DNA of 64,000 nucleotides. Source: Marsupella aquatica (taxonomy: Eukaryota; Plantae; Marchantiophyta). Shown here piece by piece: positions 51,854 through 64,000 of the stretch. The stretch spans positions 20,719,292 to 20,783,291 of the forward strand of contig OZ316898.1 of the NCBI GenBank assembly GCA_973895155.1. The letters run 5' to 3'. Positions within the stretch are counted from its first letter, which is position 1. Each line of letters begins with the position of its first letter. The notes below the pieces were generated by a model. The model saw only the letters and a list, made by a program, of their open reading frames with translations, was not told the DNA's origin and did not search any database. Position numbers and translations under genes: made by a program.

Positions 51854-54800
51854 ATGAGTGTGATAGACATTTTGACCAGGGTCGATGCGCTCTGCAAGAA
51901 GTATGACAAGTATGATTTGGACAAGCAGAAGGATTTGTCGACCACCAGTGGCGATCCCTTCATGCGGCTCTACACTCTCGTCGTTGCTGACTTGGAGGCA
52001 GCAGTGGCGGTTAGTTCTTACTTAAACAAATGCTTTGATTTAGCTTTGAATGCGTTCTTATCTTGTTCACTCATCTCATTCTCCCTCACCTCCCCCGAGT
52101 GTCTCGAAGGAAGTGGCACCCTGTCCGATGTAGTGCTTTTTTCTCTTGCTTTTCTGCCTTCTAGCTTTCAGCCAAACTTGTCAATGCCAGTTCATTCACT
52201 TCATCCTCCCTCCGTTCCTCGGTGGTCGCTTACTCGTGGATTCCTTGATTCTCGTTTTCACAAGTAAGTTTGGCATTTCGGGGCGAAATGTCCATAGTTT
52301 GCAATGCTGCAGCTCAGTGTGCACTATTTGTAATGAATACGACTAGCAGGTGCTTGATCGTGTGAACACATCCGATATCGGTACAGCGTCTCCTCTTTCA
52401 AATATCGCATTTCAATCATCGCATTGCCTTACCTAAGCTGATCCGCAGTATCGTGGCTGCAGCTCCGTACAATTTGCCTTCCCCCTTTAGATGGAATTGC
52501 CCTTATCGTGCCTGAAAAAGATCCAATGCAGTTATCTACTTTACATGCTATCAAGATTTTCCCATTTACAGTCTCGGGGGTAATGACATTAATAGTTAGA
52601 AATGTTCATCTCGCACCCTCCACGAACATGTACTCTCAATAATAATAGAACATTGAGAGAATTTTCAGTCTTCTCTGTTGCCGTTGTCTAGCCAGCCGGA
52701 TGTCATGTACCAATCAGTAACATTTGTTGTTGTCTCAATCGGGCAGAAATCGAATGATGCGTCAGTTGAGAAGAACAGAGCAACGATAGCTACGTTGAAT
52801 GCCGAGGTTCGGCGGCAAAAGGCAGCACTGAAAGCAGAGATTCCTAAGCTTCAGAAATTGGCCTTCAAGAAGGTATGCCGTGCCTCACAAAGACGAGCTC
52901 AGCTTAGCAAACTTCTCGAAGGGACGAACCCACTCTCGGTCTTACCTGTGGCAAGCTTTCATTTCTGAGGAGAAGTTTAGGCTTGAACTAAATTTGGATT
53001 AAGTGACCTTGATTTAACGCAGAAGTATGCCGGAACGGATGAGAATAGGCAGCATTTAACGACAAGCTGCCTTTGTGTTACGAATATTGAATGCAGAGTT
53101 GAATCTATATTTGAAATATGGCACTATTATACTGATCTGACTGTTGCACCTTTCTTTTCACTAGGTCAAGGGAGTGTCGAAGGAGGAACTCGAGACACGA
53201 TCTGACGTCGTGGTGGGTCTAGCTCAAAAAATTGAGGAAATACCCGATGGCTCATCGCTCGGTAAACGAACCAATGGATGGACTGCCGGTTCCAAGAATG
53301 AAATTAAAATTGACGTTATAAATCCGGGTAGGTGTTTGGAATCATCTCACTCATCATGTCTGCAGGGCAATGGTTATGCTACTTAATATCTCCCTGTTCT
53401 CCGTAGAAGTTCTGTAGCCATTGGCTTAATTCCTGCACTGGATCTCTCGCCCTTCAACTGAGGATGATCGACCTTGGTGCTTCGAAAACTATTTTCAGGG
53501 CCTCTTGCTATCCGTCTGTCTTGATTTTCTAACACAGTTTGCTTAGTTTTTGATGCAGACGATATTTTGCAACCAGAACATTACGAGGAGACAGCAGAAT
53601 CCACGGGGTTCCGTAACGAGTATGATCGTCGGAAGCAGCTTCAGGTAGGCTATGCAAAGCTTTTTGAGATTACACCACCAACTGTTGTCCGTAATTTGCG
53701 TGATAGAATGTTGTTGCTCAGTTGTTTCCGGTGGTTCTCATACATCCAGGAACAGTCCATTTAGGGGAATTCTCACTTTTAAGCCCCATCTTTTGCCGAT
53801 GTACGCAGGACATACACCTTGATCATATTTCAGACGGTCTTGCGACTTTGAAAGACATGGCTGGTGATATCAATGAGGTTCGGCCATTTGCAGTCATTGA
53901 AATGTTGTTCTGGTTGACTTATTCCAAGCACGTTTTGCCAAATTTGTGTACCTGCCGCAGAGCTGGTTCGCTGAGTGGAGCGTCGATAATAATTATATTG
54001 GATTCGAATTGACTAGCTAACCGTTGATAGTATTCCTCGGGATTGCTCTTTCCCTAGTAGGTGATGGAATCTTATTCCATCGTCCGGCTGGATTGTTGTG
54101 CAGGAGTTGGATAAACAAGTGCCTTTGATCGACGAAATTGATACAAAGGTCAGTATATGGTATGCAATCGGCTCTCGGAAATTATGTTATCATTTAGTTT
54201 TACTGTGCTTTTGAACCTAATCCCACTTTCATCTGGTGTTAGGTTGATAAGGCTTCGGCAGACTTGAAAAATACCAACAAAAGGTTGAAGGAGGTCGTCA
54301 CGCAGGTGAGCCTGGAAAGAGTCAATGATCAGTCGCATTGGCCCCTTTGCTGCCCTGTTTGTGGGGTTGCAGTGTGGAATTGCTTAGGGTCACTGTAGCT
54401 TGCAACGTGCCGATCATAACCCATATCATTTTTTACCTGGGAAGGAAAATGCGTCTCTTCGTGAAAACAACTGGCTATTACTTACTCGGTCTCAGGTGAT
54501 ATAGTAGTTTCTGCTAAATTGTGATCGTGAGCTGAATTAGGTGCAGCATTCCTGCATCATAAAGTACTAGACATATTTCATTTCCATGAAGTCATTGGGT
54601 GTGAATCGAATCCTGCATCATAAAGTACTAGACAGATTCCTTTTCCATGAAGTCATTGGGTGTGAATCGAATGGAACTCTGAATTAGTATTTTGACCTTC
54701 AATACCAAATTTCCTGTCATGCCGCAGATGCGTTCAAGTCGAAATTTCTGTATTGACATTGTTCTATTGATTATTATTTTGGGGATTGCAGCCTATTTGT

Positions 54801-54965
54801 ACAAGTGAGTTTCTTCTTTCACGATTCCAGACTATGCATTGGCCAGCTTTGAGATTTCATTATTCAGATGCACTGGAAGGCCTCACGAAGACATCTAGAT
54901 TTTGATGTGTAAGAACTGAACTGTATTTACTTTCTGTTGACGTTGCTTGCAGAGTCCTCAAGTGA
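51854..54965 (+). CDS. SYP71: Syntaxin of plants SYP7 family (Qc-SNARE); exons 51854-52009, 52747-52872, 53165-53327, 53559-53644, 53809-53877, 54104-54148, 54243-54305, 54728-54804, 54953-54965
   Basis: MSVIDILTRVDALCKKYDKYD N-terminus; EKNRA..ATLNAEVRR; SNARE QDIHLDHISDGL...ELDKQVPLIDEIDTKVDKA; TM RSSRNFCIDIVLLIIILGIAAYLY; all GT-AG junctions in phase. Confidence 0.95.
54550..54671. repeat. 61-bp tandem duplication in SYP7 intron 7
   Basis: tcctgcatcataaagtactagaca...tttccatgaagtcattgggtgtgaatcgaa occurs twice. Confidence 0.85.
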
Positions 54966-55844
54966 AGTTTTCAACCCCTATTGAAAATACAAGAAATGCA
55001 GATTATTTTTGGAGTTATCGCCTCAGTAACGGACCCAGAAGGATGATGCCGTTTACTTTACTTGTCTCTTTTTTTGTTACGAAGGCAATATGATGATCCC
55101 CTTGCCTTATTGAGGTCAAGCATCTCCCTCATGTATCTCGTTATATCAACAACTGGGTTTTCTTAGCTTTATCCCTATATTTTCGAGTATGGTTTGTAAC
55201 ATATCACTACATCGCTATTGCACTTACAATGAAAAAAACCGTCATATAACTGTTTCCCTTTTATCTTGGACCAAGCCGTGCCTTAACAATAGCTTTCTTT
55301 TGGTTATGCCGAGTTTCGACTGCACCAATCTTGGATCAAGCCCTCATTGTAGCTTTGTGTTTGGTTCTGCTGGGTTGTGACTGCACCCACCTCCTGATTG
55401 GGTCAAATAAGACCTTATCGGGAGTAGTTGGTTCTTCAAGTAAATAGCTTGTATGAATATTTCAGGATATTTAGCCGCAGGTTAGGATTCACTCACTTTT
55501 CAGATGGAAATCCATACTTGATGATGTCAACGGGGAGCATATGACGCGTCACTCAGTCCAAGTATCTTACAGGTCTAATGAATTTGAACAATATTAACCA
55601 TAGCTGATTTTTGTGTGTGCCTTTTTGTCTTCTGCCTCTTTTGTTTCTATGCTGTCATTGGAGACTCGTCCCTGGCCATAAGGCAATTCCCTATTTTACT
55701 GTTGGTACTTTCTTCGGGTTTTTTCTGCTTACTTTAAATCCTGAGCTCGTTTGATCCGATATGGTTGAGGTTTCCTGTTTCATCCACCACGATGTATAGT
55801 ATTTGCTGTTTATATCACAACTGCGGTTTTCTCATTGTAAAGTG

Positions 55845-56092
55845 CACATGTTCACAAATGGGCTTTGAGCCCCACAAAAAGGGGTGAGTGTAAACCCTGT
55901 TTTTGGCAAGTGCTCCAAGGTACTCTCATTGTAAAGTACACAGGTTCAGGAATGGACTTTGAGCTTTGAGCTCCACAAAAGTGAGTGATTGGAAACCCTT
56001 TACATGGCGAGTGCTCCACAGGTTCAGGAATGGGCTTTGAACTCCACAAAAGGGGGTGTGTAAACCCTTTATTTGGCAAGTGCTCCACAAAA
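55845..56092. repeat. Three diverged ~75-90-bp tandem units
   Basis: cacaggttcaggaatgggctttga..ctccacaaaa..gtaaaccct..tggcaagtgctcca occurs three times. Confidence 0.75.
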
Positions 56093-57379
56093 GGAGCAGA
56101 GTGTTTCACCACCTTTTATGGTACATCGAATGGGGCTTTTATAGTGGTGGTGTAGTTTAAGAAAGTCTTGAAAACAAATTCAATTTCGTCGCATCTAATT
56201 TTTGTTTTTTAATTTTAAAATGGAATGAAGAAGACTGACAAGGTTGTCAGGCTTGAACTGAACATTTGTAATTGTTACAGTGAAGAGATCTTTCTTTCGT
56301 GAACTCCGGTACAATTGATGCCGATGAGAAGCACTGGTTACTCAACTTCTGTAAAAGGACTCCATTTGTGAGTGTAGCGAGGAGAACTTCTTGACCGGGC
56401 TCTGACAAAACATGCTTATCCTCAACAACCATGTAGTTGGCAATTTACTCTTGGCTGGTTTCCTCCTCAAGAAAGGCAAAGAATGTTAATTGAATCTCTG
56501 GATGACCTCTTTCTAAAACCTATATGGCCGACAAGGTATCTAACTCTATAATATGTATCTAACTCTATAATATGTTACCCCACCATTATTGGGTTTCGTC
56601 TGCTTACAAAATTTTAAAAGGGTGGGATCCAATCCTGATCGTCCATTTAAAAGATTCTTTTTAATCTCCCTTAGTTGCAAGCAGAATTATCACATTGCCT
56701 CTCCTATCTGACACTAATTGGTATGGTAGAGGCTCACCTACACCTGCTCAAAGTACATGCACAAAGACAAAAAACCTCAGGTACATTTTCAAGAAGGACA
56801 AATGTACTTTAAGGTACCATGGTTATAGGTTGTACTCGAATGTACAATTGATAATGTTCACATATCAAAACTATGACACTATGGAGACACGAGAGATGAT
56901 GGGAGATGGAGGGAAAATGGCTAAGTTTTATTTATTTAAAGGGAGAGAGAAGATAAAAGGAAAACAGAATAAAAGGGAAAAAGTTATTAAGTAGAGACAT
57001 TTTCAAAAGTGGGGAAAAGAGATGGGAGAAAGGGGGATAATTTAGGATTTTAATCTCCCCAAAATAGTTTAAAATATATATTCATATTTGTAAATATATA
57101 CTGTGCCAAAATAATGAGACTTTCACACCCATATACTATGACAAATATTCCTTTGATTTTTCATCGCAATTGCCTTGCAAAATTTGACTTTTATTGTCCC
57201 AAAGAAAGCCTTGGAAGCAAAACAAAGATGGGAGAGGCAAGGGGAAAGGGGGCACATGGATGGGAAAAGAGGGAGGGAGAGGCTTCATCTTGCCCCTTCC
57301 ATTCGCGGGTAAGAGTGGAAAAAGTGCCAATTTATTTTCTCACATCAAAATCTTTTGCTCTACTTTACATTTTTTCTGT

Positions 57380-57705
57380 TCAACATCTTTTTCTCCCCTT
57401 TGCACATGTTTCTCTCCTCGACATCTTTTGCGAACCTCAACATCATTTTTTCACCTTGACATATTTTCTCTCCTCAAATTTTTCTCTCATCTCAACATCT
57501 TTACTCTTGGACACATTTTTCTCACCACATCTTTTTCTCTCCTTGACTTCTTTTATCATGTCTACATTTTTTCTCCTGGATACCTTCTATCACCTCAACA
57601 TTTTTTGCTCACCTCAACATCTTTTATCACCTCGATATCTTTTCTCTCCTCAACATCTTTTATTGCCTCAACATCTTTCGTGTAATGCACAGGCGTTGGC
57701 CTAGT
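57380..57705 (+). mobile_element. Helitron-like 3' end with ~20-bp tandem array (cacctcaacatcttt)
   Basis: Array is roughly the reverse complement of the 32800-33016 units; ends cgtgtaatgcacaggc...CTAGt (hairpin + CTAG). Confidence 0.5.
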
Positions 57706-58444
57706 GCTTTATAACTAGGTCAATTATGATCTATAAACTGTTGTTGAAGGTAAAATCAGCTTGCCTGACCCTCAAATGAAATAATTTGTCCAGTTTGAAC
57801 TTCGAATTTGTTCAACTTACAAAGACTGTTTGGCATCAAAATTCCCCGCTCAAGAACCATCCTTTTTAGTGTGATGAACCCAAGAAACCTGTGGGGACGA
57901 GCTTTAGGAGGTGCACTAGTTATGTGTTTGGGTGTGTTCATTTGTGATTTGACCATGGTATTGCAAATCTTGAAACAAAAGAAAAAGTATATTCTTTTCA
58001 TTTGAATCCTTATTTCTTGTCCCACTTACACGTACCCTAAATGAGAATAAAATATCCCAAAGTGTACTTCCCAAACAATAACAACATTCATACCCACCAG
58101 ACTTGGAGAATGCATGGAGAGATCTATGGAGTGAAATGTTGGATCAGGATCCAAGATCAGTGCTATGTTTACACCAAATGAATTCCCTGCTCAACGGGTG
58201 CCTCATGTGCAAATGCCTCCTCCAAGATTGGTCCTGCCTCCGCTGCTCGCAACCTTCTCAAGTGTTGGATGTGCACATGCGACATGTCAAGTAGCCAATG
58301 AATAATTGTGGCATGCGTTGTATCAGGATCACCTCCCAATAAATGCCTCAACCCCTCCCACTCATCCCACCATTCAAGTGGGACTCAGATTGGAGGTTTG
58401 GCATCTAGTCTCCTCTTCTTGTAATCTACATCGTCGCTTGGATA

Positions 58445-61400
58445 TGTCACACCATTCTGAGTAGTGTAGTAGTATATCGTGCTATTAGAGTATGTACGTT
58501 TGGTATGAGTGCTATTGGAGCCGATAAGGTTCCGTCAGGTTTGTGTGAGAGGGTACTTCTCACTTGTGAGGCATTGAAAGGTCATCTTTCAATGTTGAGC
58601 CTTGGAGAGAGAGGAGCTTGAGTGGCTATGGTGGCTGTGAGCTCCGCTTGTGTAACGTGGATTCCTTGAGTAGTGCAAGGTGCGTTGGCTTGACATACGT
58701 GTGTGATCGCATCGGTGCGGGATCGATGGGGTATTGTTGACCGGGATCGTTGTGCCGATTGTCAGCTCATGATCATGAGCTTCAAACTCTATTGTGCGGA
58801 CAGAAGCTCAGTCTGAGTTTGTCGTTGACGATGACGGTTCGTGGTAGCTCGAATCAATTGGATTTGTGTTTGACGCGGATTCATGTTTCTTGAATCGTTG
58901 GTTCTATTGTTTGAGTACTCTGTTGCTATTCGATCTGGTTCTGGCCAAGCTTGAACGTTGTTGGATCTGGATCTGGTCTAGATCTGGATCTGGATTGAGT
59001 CAGAGTCTAGATCTGGATCTGGAAAGAGATGGCCCTAGGTTGCTGCTTGTATCGCACTGCTGTTTTGTGGACAGATCTGTTGGAATTTTGAGTGCTCGCA
59101 GCGTTTTATTGTCAAGGGACGCTCACAAAATGTCCCACAACCGTGCGCGACAGGTTTGTAGAGGTCGAGAGCCATCGACGTTGCCGTTTTTGTGAAGGAA
59201 ATCGTTGCTTTCGAGTGGAAAATGTTGTCATTTCTGAGCCCGACGACTTCTGTTTTGCGTACACACACAACTGTGCGCGCATAAGGCAACGCGTGAGGTC
59301 ACCCATCCCGAAAGTGCTCCCAACCACGAGCGCGAAGTCATCCATCGCGAGCGCAAGCAGGCACGAGGTCGAGGTCACCCATCCCGGGGCTATTCCGGGT
59401 CGTGAGCGCGAGGGGAAGCACGAGGTCGAGCACGAGGAGGTCACCCATCCCGGGGCTATTCCCAACCGCAAGCGCTTAACTGGCAAGTTCTCATCCCACC
59501 TTGTGTACACACAAGTTTTCACAACTTGTTGTTTAGATTCAAACGCCAGGGGGCTTTATACACTTTTCGGTTTGCTTAGAGCCTTGTTTCGGGCCAAATC
59601 ATAGGCTCTTTAGAGGTTTTTGATAGCTTTGAGTTCATCTAAATACACAGATTGAACCAATTCTGCATGGTTTCTCATCTATAACATTGGGACATCATGA
59701 AGCCTATTATGAAGGCCTTTCATTGAACATTATGAATAATTGTTTGATCAATGTGTGATCACTCTTGGTGTGGAAAGTTAGTGTTTGACTATTCTTGTTG
59801 ATTGGATCCTCTCCACACTTGTTTCTTGTTTATGCGCCATGTTGGTTCGGTATGGGCGCTTGATTCCATAGGAGTGGTCCGGGTTTGCAACCGGACATTC
59901 TAGTGTGCTGTGTATTTCTCTCCTGGTGATGTTGGAGTGATGTCCAACACACCATGGTGAGTGCTTGTGGTGCTGATAGGGACAGATTGCCCTTAGGATT
60001 AGCACATAGATTAGGTTAGGGTTGGTCACCACGGATTCTTCTGGTGCTGCTGGGTTACCCAATGGACGACGGACCGGTTTCACTCGAAGTGGGGTGCAAT
60101 TTCGGCCAGCGGCATTGGTAGCGGTCAGCAGTGCAGCTTCAAACAGTGATTCTAATGAGGACTCAGTGACCAGTTCTCCTCATCATCAGGTGGTTGCACC
60201 TTTGTTGTGGGATATGGACGAGATGTACGGGGCTACAAAGGGCCCACGACGATACTCTGGTGCAGTTGGCACGATTGATCTGGATGACTTCATCCAGGAG
60301 TTTGATACGTGGTGCGATATGCAGACATTGCGTAACGCCACATTGTTTACCCCTTTCATGGCATGGAAGGGATTATTTCAACATTTGGAGGGACCACCCA
60401 TGGATGACTACCATGAGTTTTGGAAGGCTCATTTGATTGAGATTGAGGCATGGAGGCAGCATTGGTCGCCTAATTACGTGTCCATCACCTATGGCACTAG
60501 TGCGGCTGCCCAACCCATTGCCACAGCTGCTGCTTCTTCTAGCAGCACTAGCCAGAGTGGCACACCATCCACCAGCAGCACCTCCAACAGCATCCACCGC
60601 TACTCCTGCCGGTGTGATTGTGACAGGAACTGGAGTTGCGCCAACATTTAATCCTGTGGTGGAATTCTTTGAGGTACTGAAGCAGAACTATCAGGGTGTA
60701 AGAACTGATAAGTTGAAGGGTCTTCAGGAGTTTCAACGCAAGACTGGAGAGAGTCTACGTGAGGCATACACTTGTATGCGCAGATTGATCACTGTCACCA
60801 AGGGAGTGACAGAGGCTCAAGCAGTCCAATTTTGGTATGCAATTCTGGACAGAGAATTGTGACGCAGAGTGAGAGATGTCACTCTGCTTAGGGATGCAGA
60901 TCCCACATTAGCAGTTGTTTTCACCCTTTCTGAGCGTATTGAGCTCAATATGGTGAATGAGAAGGTGGTGACTTCCGGATTTTCCAAGGAAGCACCAAAG
61001 GCTGCATCTACATCTACACCACAGCCTACTGCACGGAAGAGCCAGAGGGAGAAGCCTACTGCACGAGAGTCTACCAGCTAGAGACCTGTGCCCTCTTATG
61101 CTGGACAGCAGTCAGGATGTTGGACCTGTGGTGGGGATCATGCACAGAGAGATTGCCCAGATCATAGAGGATCAGGGGGAGCATCAGCACCTGATCAGCG
61201 ATAGTGTGATCATTGTGGAGCTCCTGGACACACCAAGGATAGGTGTTTCTCACTCCACCCTGAGTTACAGAGGGGAGGATCCCGTACACATGATCAGGGA
61301 AGAGGAGGAGGAGGAGGTAGAGGTGGTGGACGTGGTCGTGGCATGCCACATGCAGGGAGACAGGGAGGTGACGTTGCCCCTGCTGTAACCATAGATCCAA

Positions 61401-64000
61401 AGGATGCTAAGATTGCTCAATTGGAGCAACAGCTAGCTGCCATGGCTAGTTCCCAGGTGAGACCTACTTCTGGTGATGGGGCATCTACATCCTATGGACC
61501 TTCCACATCCCATGGTCCTTCCACATCTTATGGAGCTGATGGAGATCTTGCCACCATGGGATTCATGTGTGGCACTGCACATATTGATGCATCAGCAGCT
61601 TTGACACGTGGGGCAACCAAAGCTCTTGAGCCTCGAGGAGCAGTAGTGGAGCTAGATCCATAGAGGGGGGATGCACGTCAGCAGACAAAGCTTCCTCAGT
61701 CTTGTACATTGTCAGAGACAGTTCAGACTGCCTCTATGAACCCGGTTCGGACAAACCCTAGCGTGGGTAAGTTGGCAGAATCCGGTAGTGATACAATAGG
61801 GATGACAGGTACCCTGTTGGGGGTGGCTACTGCCATAGTACGCACCCCATTATTTTCTACAACAGACATGCTGAACTTGGGAGTTGGTCCTACAGAAGTG
61901 TTCAGATTGGCAGCTACACTCTGTGAGGACACTCCAATTGTTGCTTCCCATGCAGAAGCAGCTTGCAGTGTTGAAGCAGTGAAGACCATACCACCTACTG
62001 CTACTAGTGAGACACGGCATGCAGCAGCAGCGAGGTTGGTGGATTTACCAGCACGCCCTGCATTTGAGAGGACTAGGTTTAAACCTAGTGTTGTGTCATT
62101 GGATAATCGGAGTGGTATCTTCCGATTAGTTGGGCCTTCTGGAGTAGTATACCAGCCAAAGAGAGTGTTACTGGATACTGGTGCTCAGCCCTTGATGTTG
62201 GGGAAGTCTGCCATACGTGGATTGGGATTGCGTCCAGAGGATTTGGAGGATTGTCCCTTTCCCATTCAGACTTCATTGGGGGGACCTACACCTACACAGC
62301 ATATCACCAAGAGACCACTTGATTTGAGGATTCAGGAAGGTCATACCACAGATAGCTCACAGTTACAGGCGCGAGCTATTCTGACTAAGGCAGAGTCATA
62401 TGATGTGTTGGTGGGATGTACAGTGCTCTACCCCATGGGATTTATTCTTGATTTTTGGGAGGAATCAGTGTCATATAGACCTGATTGGCAGTCAAGAGAT
62501 GCTCGATTGAGAAAATTGCCAATGAGATTTAGTGGACCTATGGGAGGCCCTAAATCCACACCATTGTCTTTGGCAGCATTCAGTGGTGTAATTGCTGGAC
62601 CTAATGATTTGATTGAGGGTAATGTGCATGCAGCCGATGTTCCACCATTGGAGGAGTCTCATGAGGAGCACATCATGCGAGGATTACCTGTTGGCAGTGT
62701 TGTGCCACCAGTGTGGGGCACTGCACAGGCCTTGCCACAGGGAGCAGCACGATTGGTACATGATGCATGGCGTCATGTTTTTACACCACAGTCAGGAGCA
62801 GAGCAGTCTCTTGCAGATGGACCTGTGACTCTTTCACCATTGGATACCACTCCTATTGCTTGGCAATATCCACCGGAGGGTATTTGTTTGTTGGATCTTT
62901 TTGGTGGGATTAGCACTGGATTGGCTGCTGTTCTTCAGGCAGGAATTCATGTGCGTCGTTATTTGTATGTGGAGATAGATGAGACAGCACGGAGGGTCTC
63001 ATTGTGACATGTGGCTATGTTGGTGGATAGATATCCACAGTTGCTGCCAGTGGATGCTGTTCGTGGTTATCAGCATGCACTACCTGTTGATATTTCATTG
63101 CTGGGGGCGGATCATCTACATCGTGTTGGCCCCATTGATTTGGTGATTGCTGGTTGGCCATGTCAGGGCCAATCTAGAGCTGGCATTGGGCATGGACTTC
63201 ATGATCCACGCTCTGCATTGTTGTGGGAGATGTTATGGGTGCTGCGTCATCTCTAGCTACATCAGACACAGTCTCCAACATACATTTTGGAGAATGTGTC
63301 ATTGTTAGGTGATGATCGTAGTCGGATTGTTGCCAGTGTTCACCAGGTGAGGTCTTGGATTGGACCTGTTGTGTTATTGGATGCTGCACGTGTGGGTTCT
63401 CATGCACATCGTCCACGCTTGTGGTGGACTAATTTGATCCCATGTGGGGTGCTAAAGCGCGCATTTGACAACATTCCACGCTCACCAGCCTTAGTGGTGG
63501 ATGATATTTTGGATCCAGGGCGTCGTGCACAGGGTGTGACCCAACCTGATAGACCTCCATTGGCAATGGTCAATGCAGTTGGGTGCCCACGTTGTGCATT
63601 ACCCACTCTTGTAAGCCACTCTGCTTCATATGCATTCAGAGCAGGTGGCCCTGGACTTGTATGGGACACAGCTCTCCAGCAGTTAGTGGAGCCTACTGCT
63701 GATGAGAGAGAGTGTGCTATGGGATTTTTGACTGGCACCACTGTAGTTGCCTCTGTGTCAGAGGGTTTGCGGCGCCAGGTTCTTGGTCAAGCAATGGACC
63801 TGAATTGTTTGACTTGGATTATCAGCTTGGGAGTAGCTGAACAGTTGCGGATGCGCTCTACTGGAATTACTGATTATCCCTTGGTGAGCTTGCGGTCCAC
63901 TGAGACAGTATTGACCATAGCTGGGGGCGAGCAGACAGTCCATGGACCTATGGCAGGATTGGCCAAGGCTGGACAGATTGTTGAGCAGGAAGGGACTACT
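58445..64000 (+). mobile_element. Ty3/gypsy DNMT-carrying retrotransposon, copy 2 (5' LTR, Gag, PR, DNMT; runs off the window end)
   Basis: Highly similar (roughly mid-90% by eye) reverse complement of 13640-19209; starts TGTCACACC; putative LTR 58445-59694; zinc knuckles 61118-61246; DTG protease motif at 62174; same reading frame from about 60590 to 64000 with only nonsense substitutions. Confidence 0.93.
62879..63832 (+). pseudogene. C5 cytosine DNA methyltransferase domain inside Pol, copy 2 (catalytic PC intact; two premature stops)
   Basis: LLDLFGGI, YVEID, IDLVIAGWPCQGQSRAG (Cys TGT 63161-63163), YILENV, AHRPRLWWTN, ERECAMGF, RRQVLGQAM; stops at 63005 (TGA) and 63254 (TAG); frame open from 63257 to 64000. 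Confidence 0.92.

Noticed and set aside
57114-57704. 196-aa hydrophobic ORF
   Set aside because: It is a translation of a pyrimidine-rich tandem array
58501-58512. TGGTATGAGTGC resembles the tRNA-iMet PBS (TGGTATCAGAGC)
   Set aside because: It has two mismatches, lies only 56 bp from the element start and is not preceded by a CA LTR end

Overview
Eukaryotic nuclear DNA from a land plant, probably a non-seed plant such as a liverwort (inferred from gene content, intron style and TE types; not provable here). There are four intron-containing host genes: the 3' part of a large acidic protein with an At1g27850/BPP7-like C-terminus and CaaX box (+, to 3864), a GAUT1-like GT8 galacturonosyltransferase (-, 21839-26905, 10 coding exons), an FBW2/SKIP1-like F-box/LRR gene (-, 44829-46136) and a SYP7/SYP71 Qc-SNARE (+, 51854-54965, 9 exons). 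Intergenic DNA holds SINEs, MITE/foldback elements, solo LTRs and Helitron-like ends. The main result is two inverted copies (-, about 10.2-19.2 kb; +, 58445 to the window end) of a Ty3/gypsy LTR retrotransposon. Its single Gag-Pol frame carries a complete, non-permuted DNMT3-like C5 cytosine methyltransferase domain between protease and reverse transcriptase, plus a PHD finger after integrase, so it encodes both a DNA-methylation writer and a histone reader. Both copies are decayed, mostly by C>T nonsense changes, but their lesions are complementary, so an intact ancestral Gag-PR-DNMT frame can be reconstructed.
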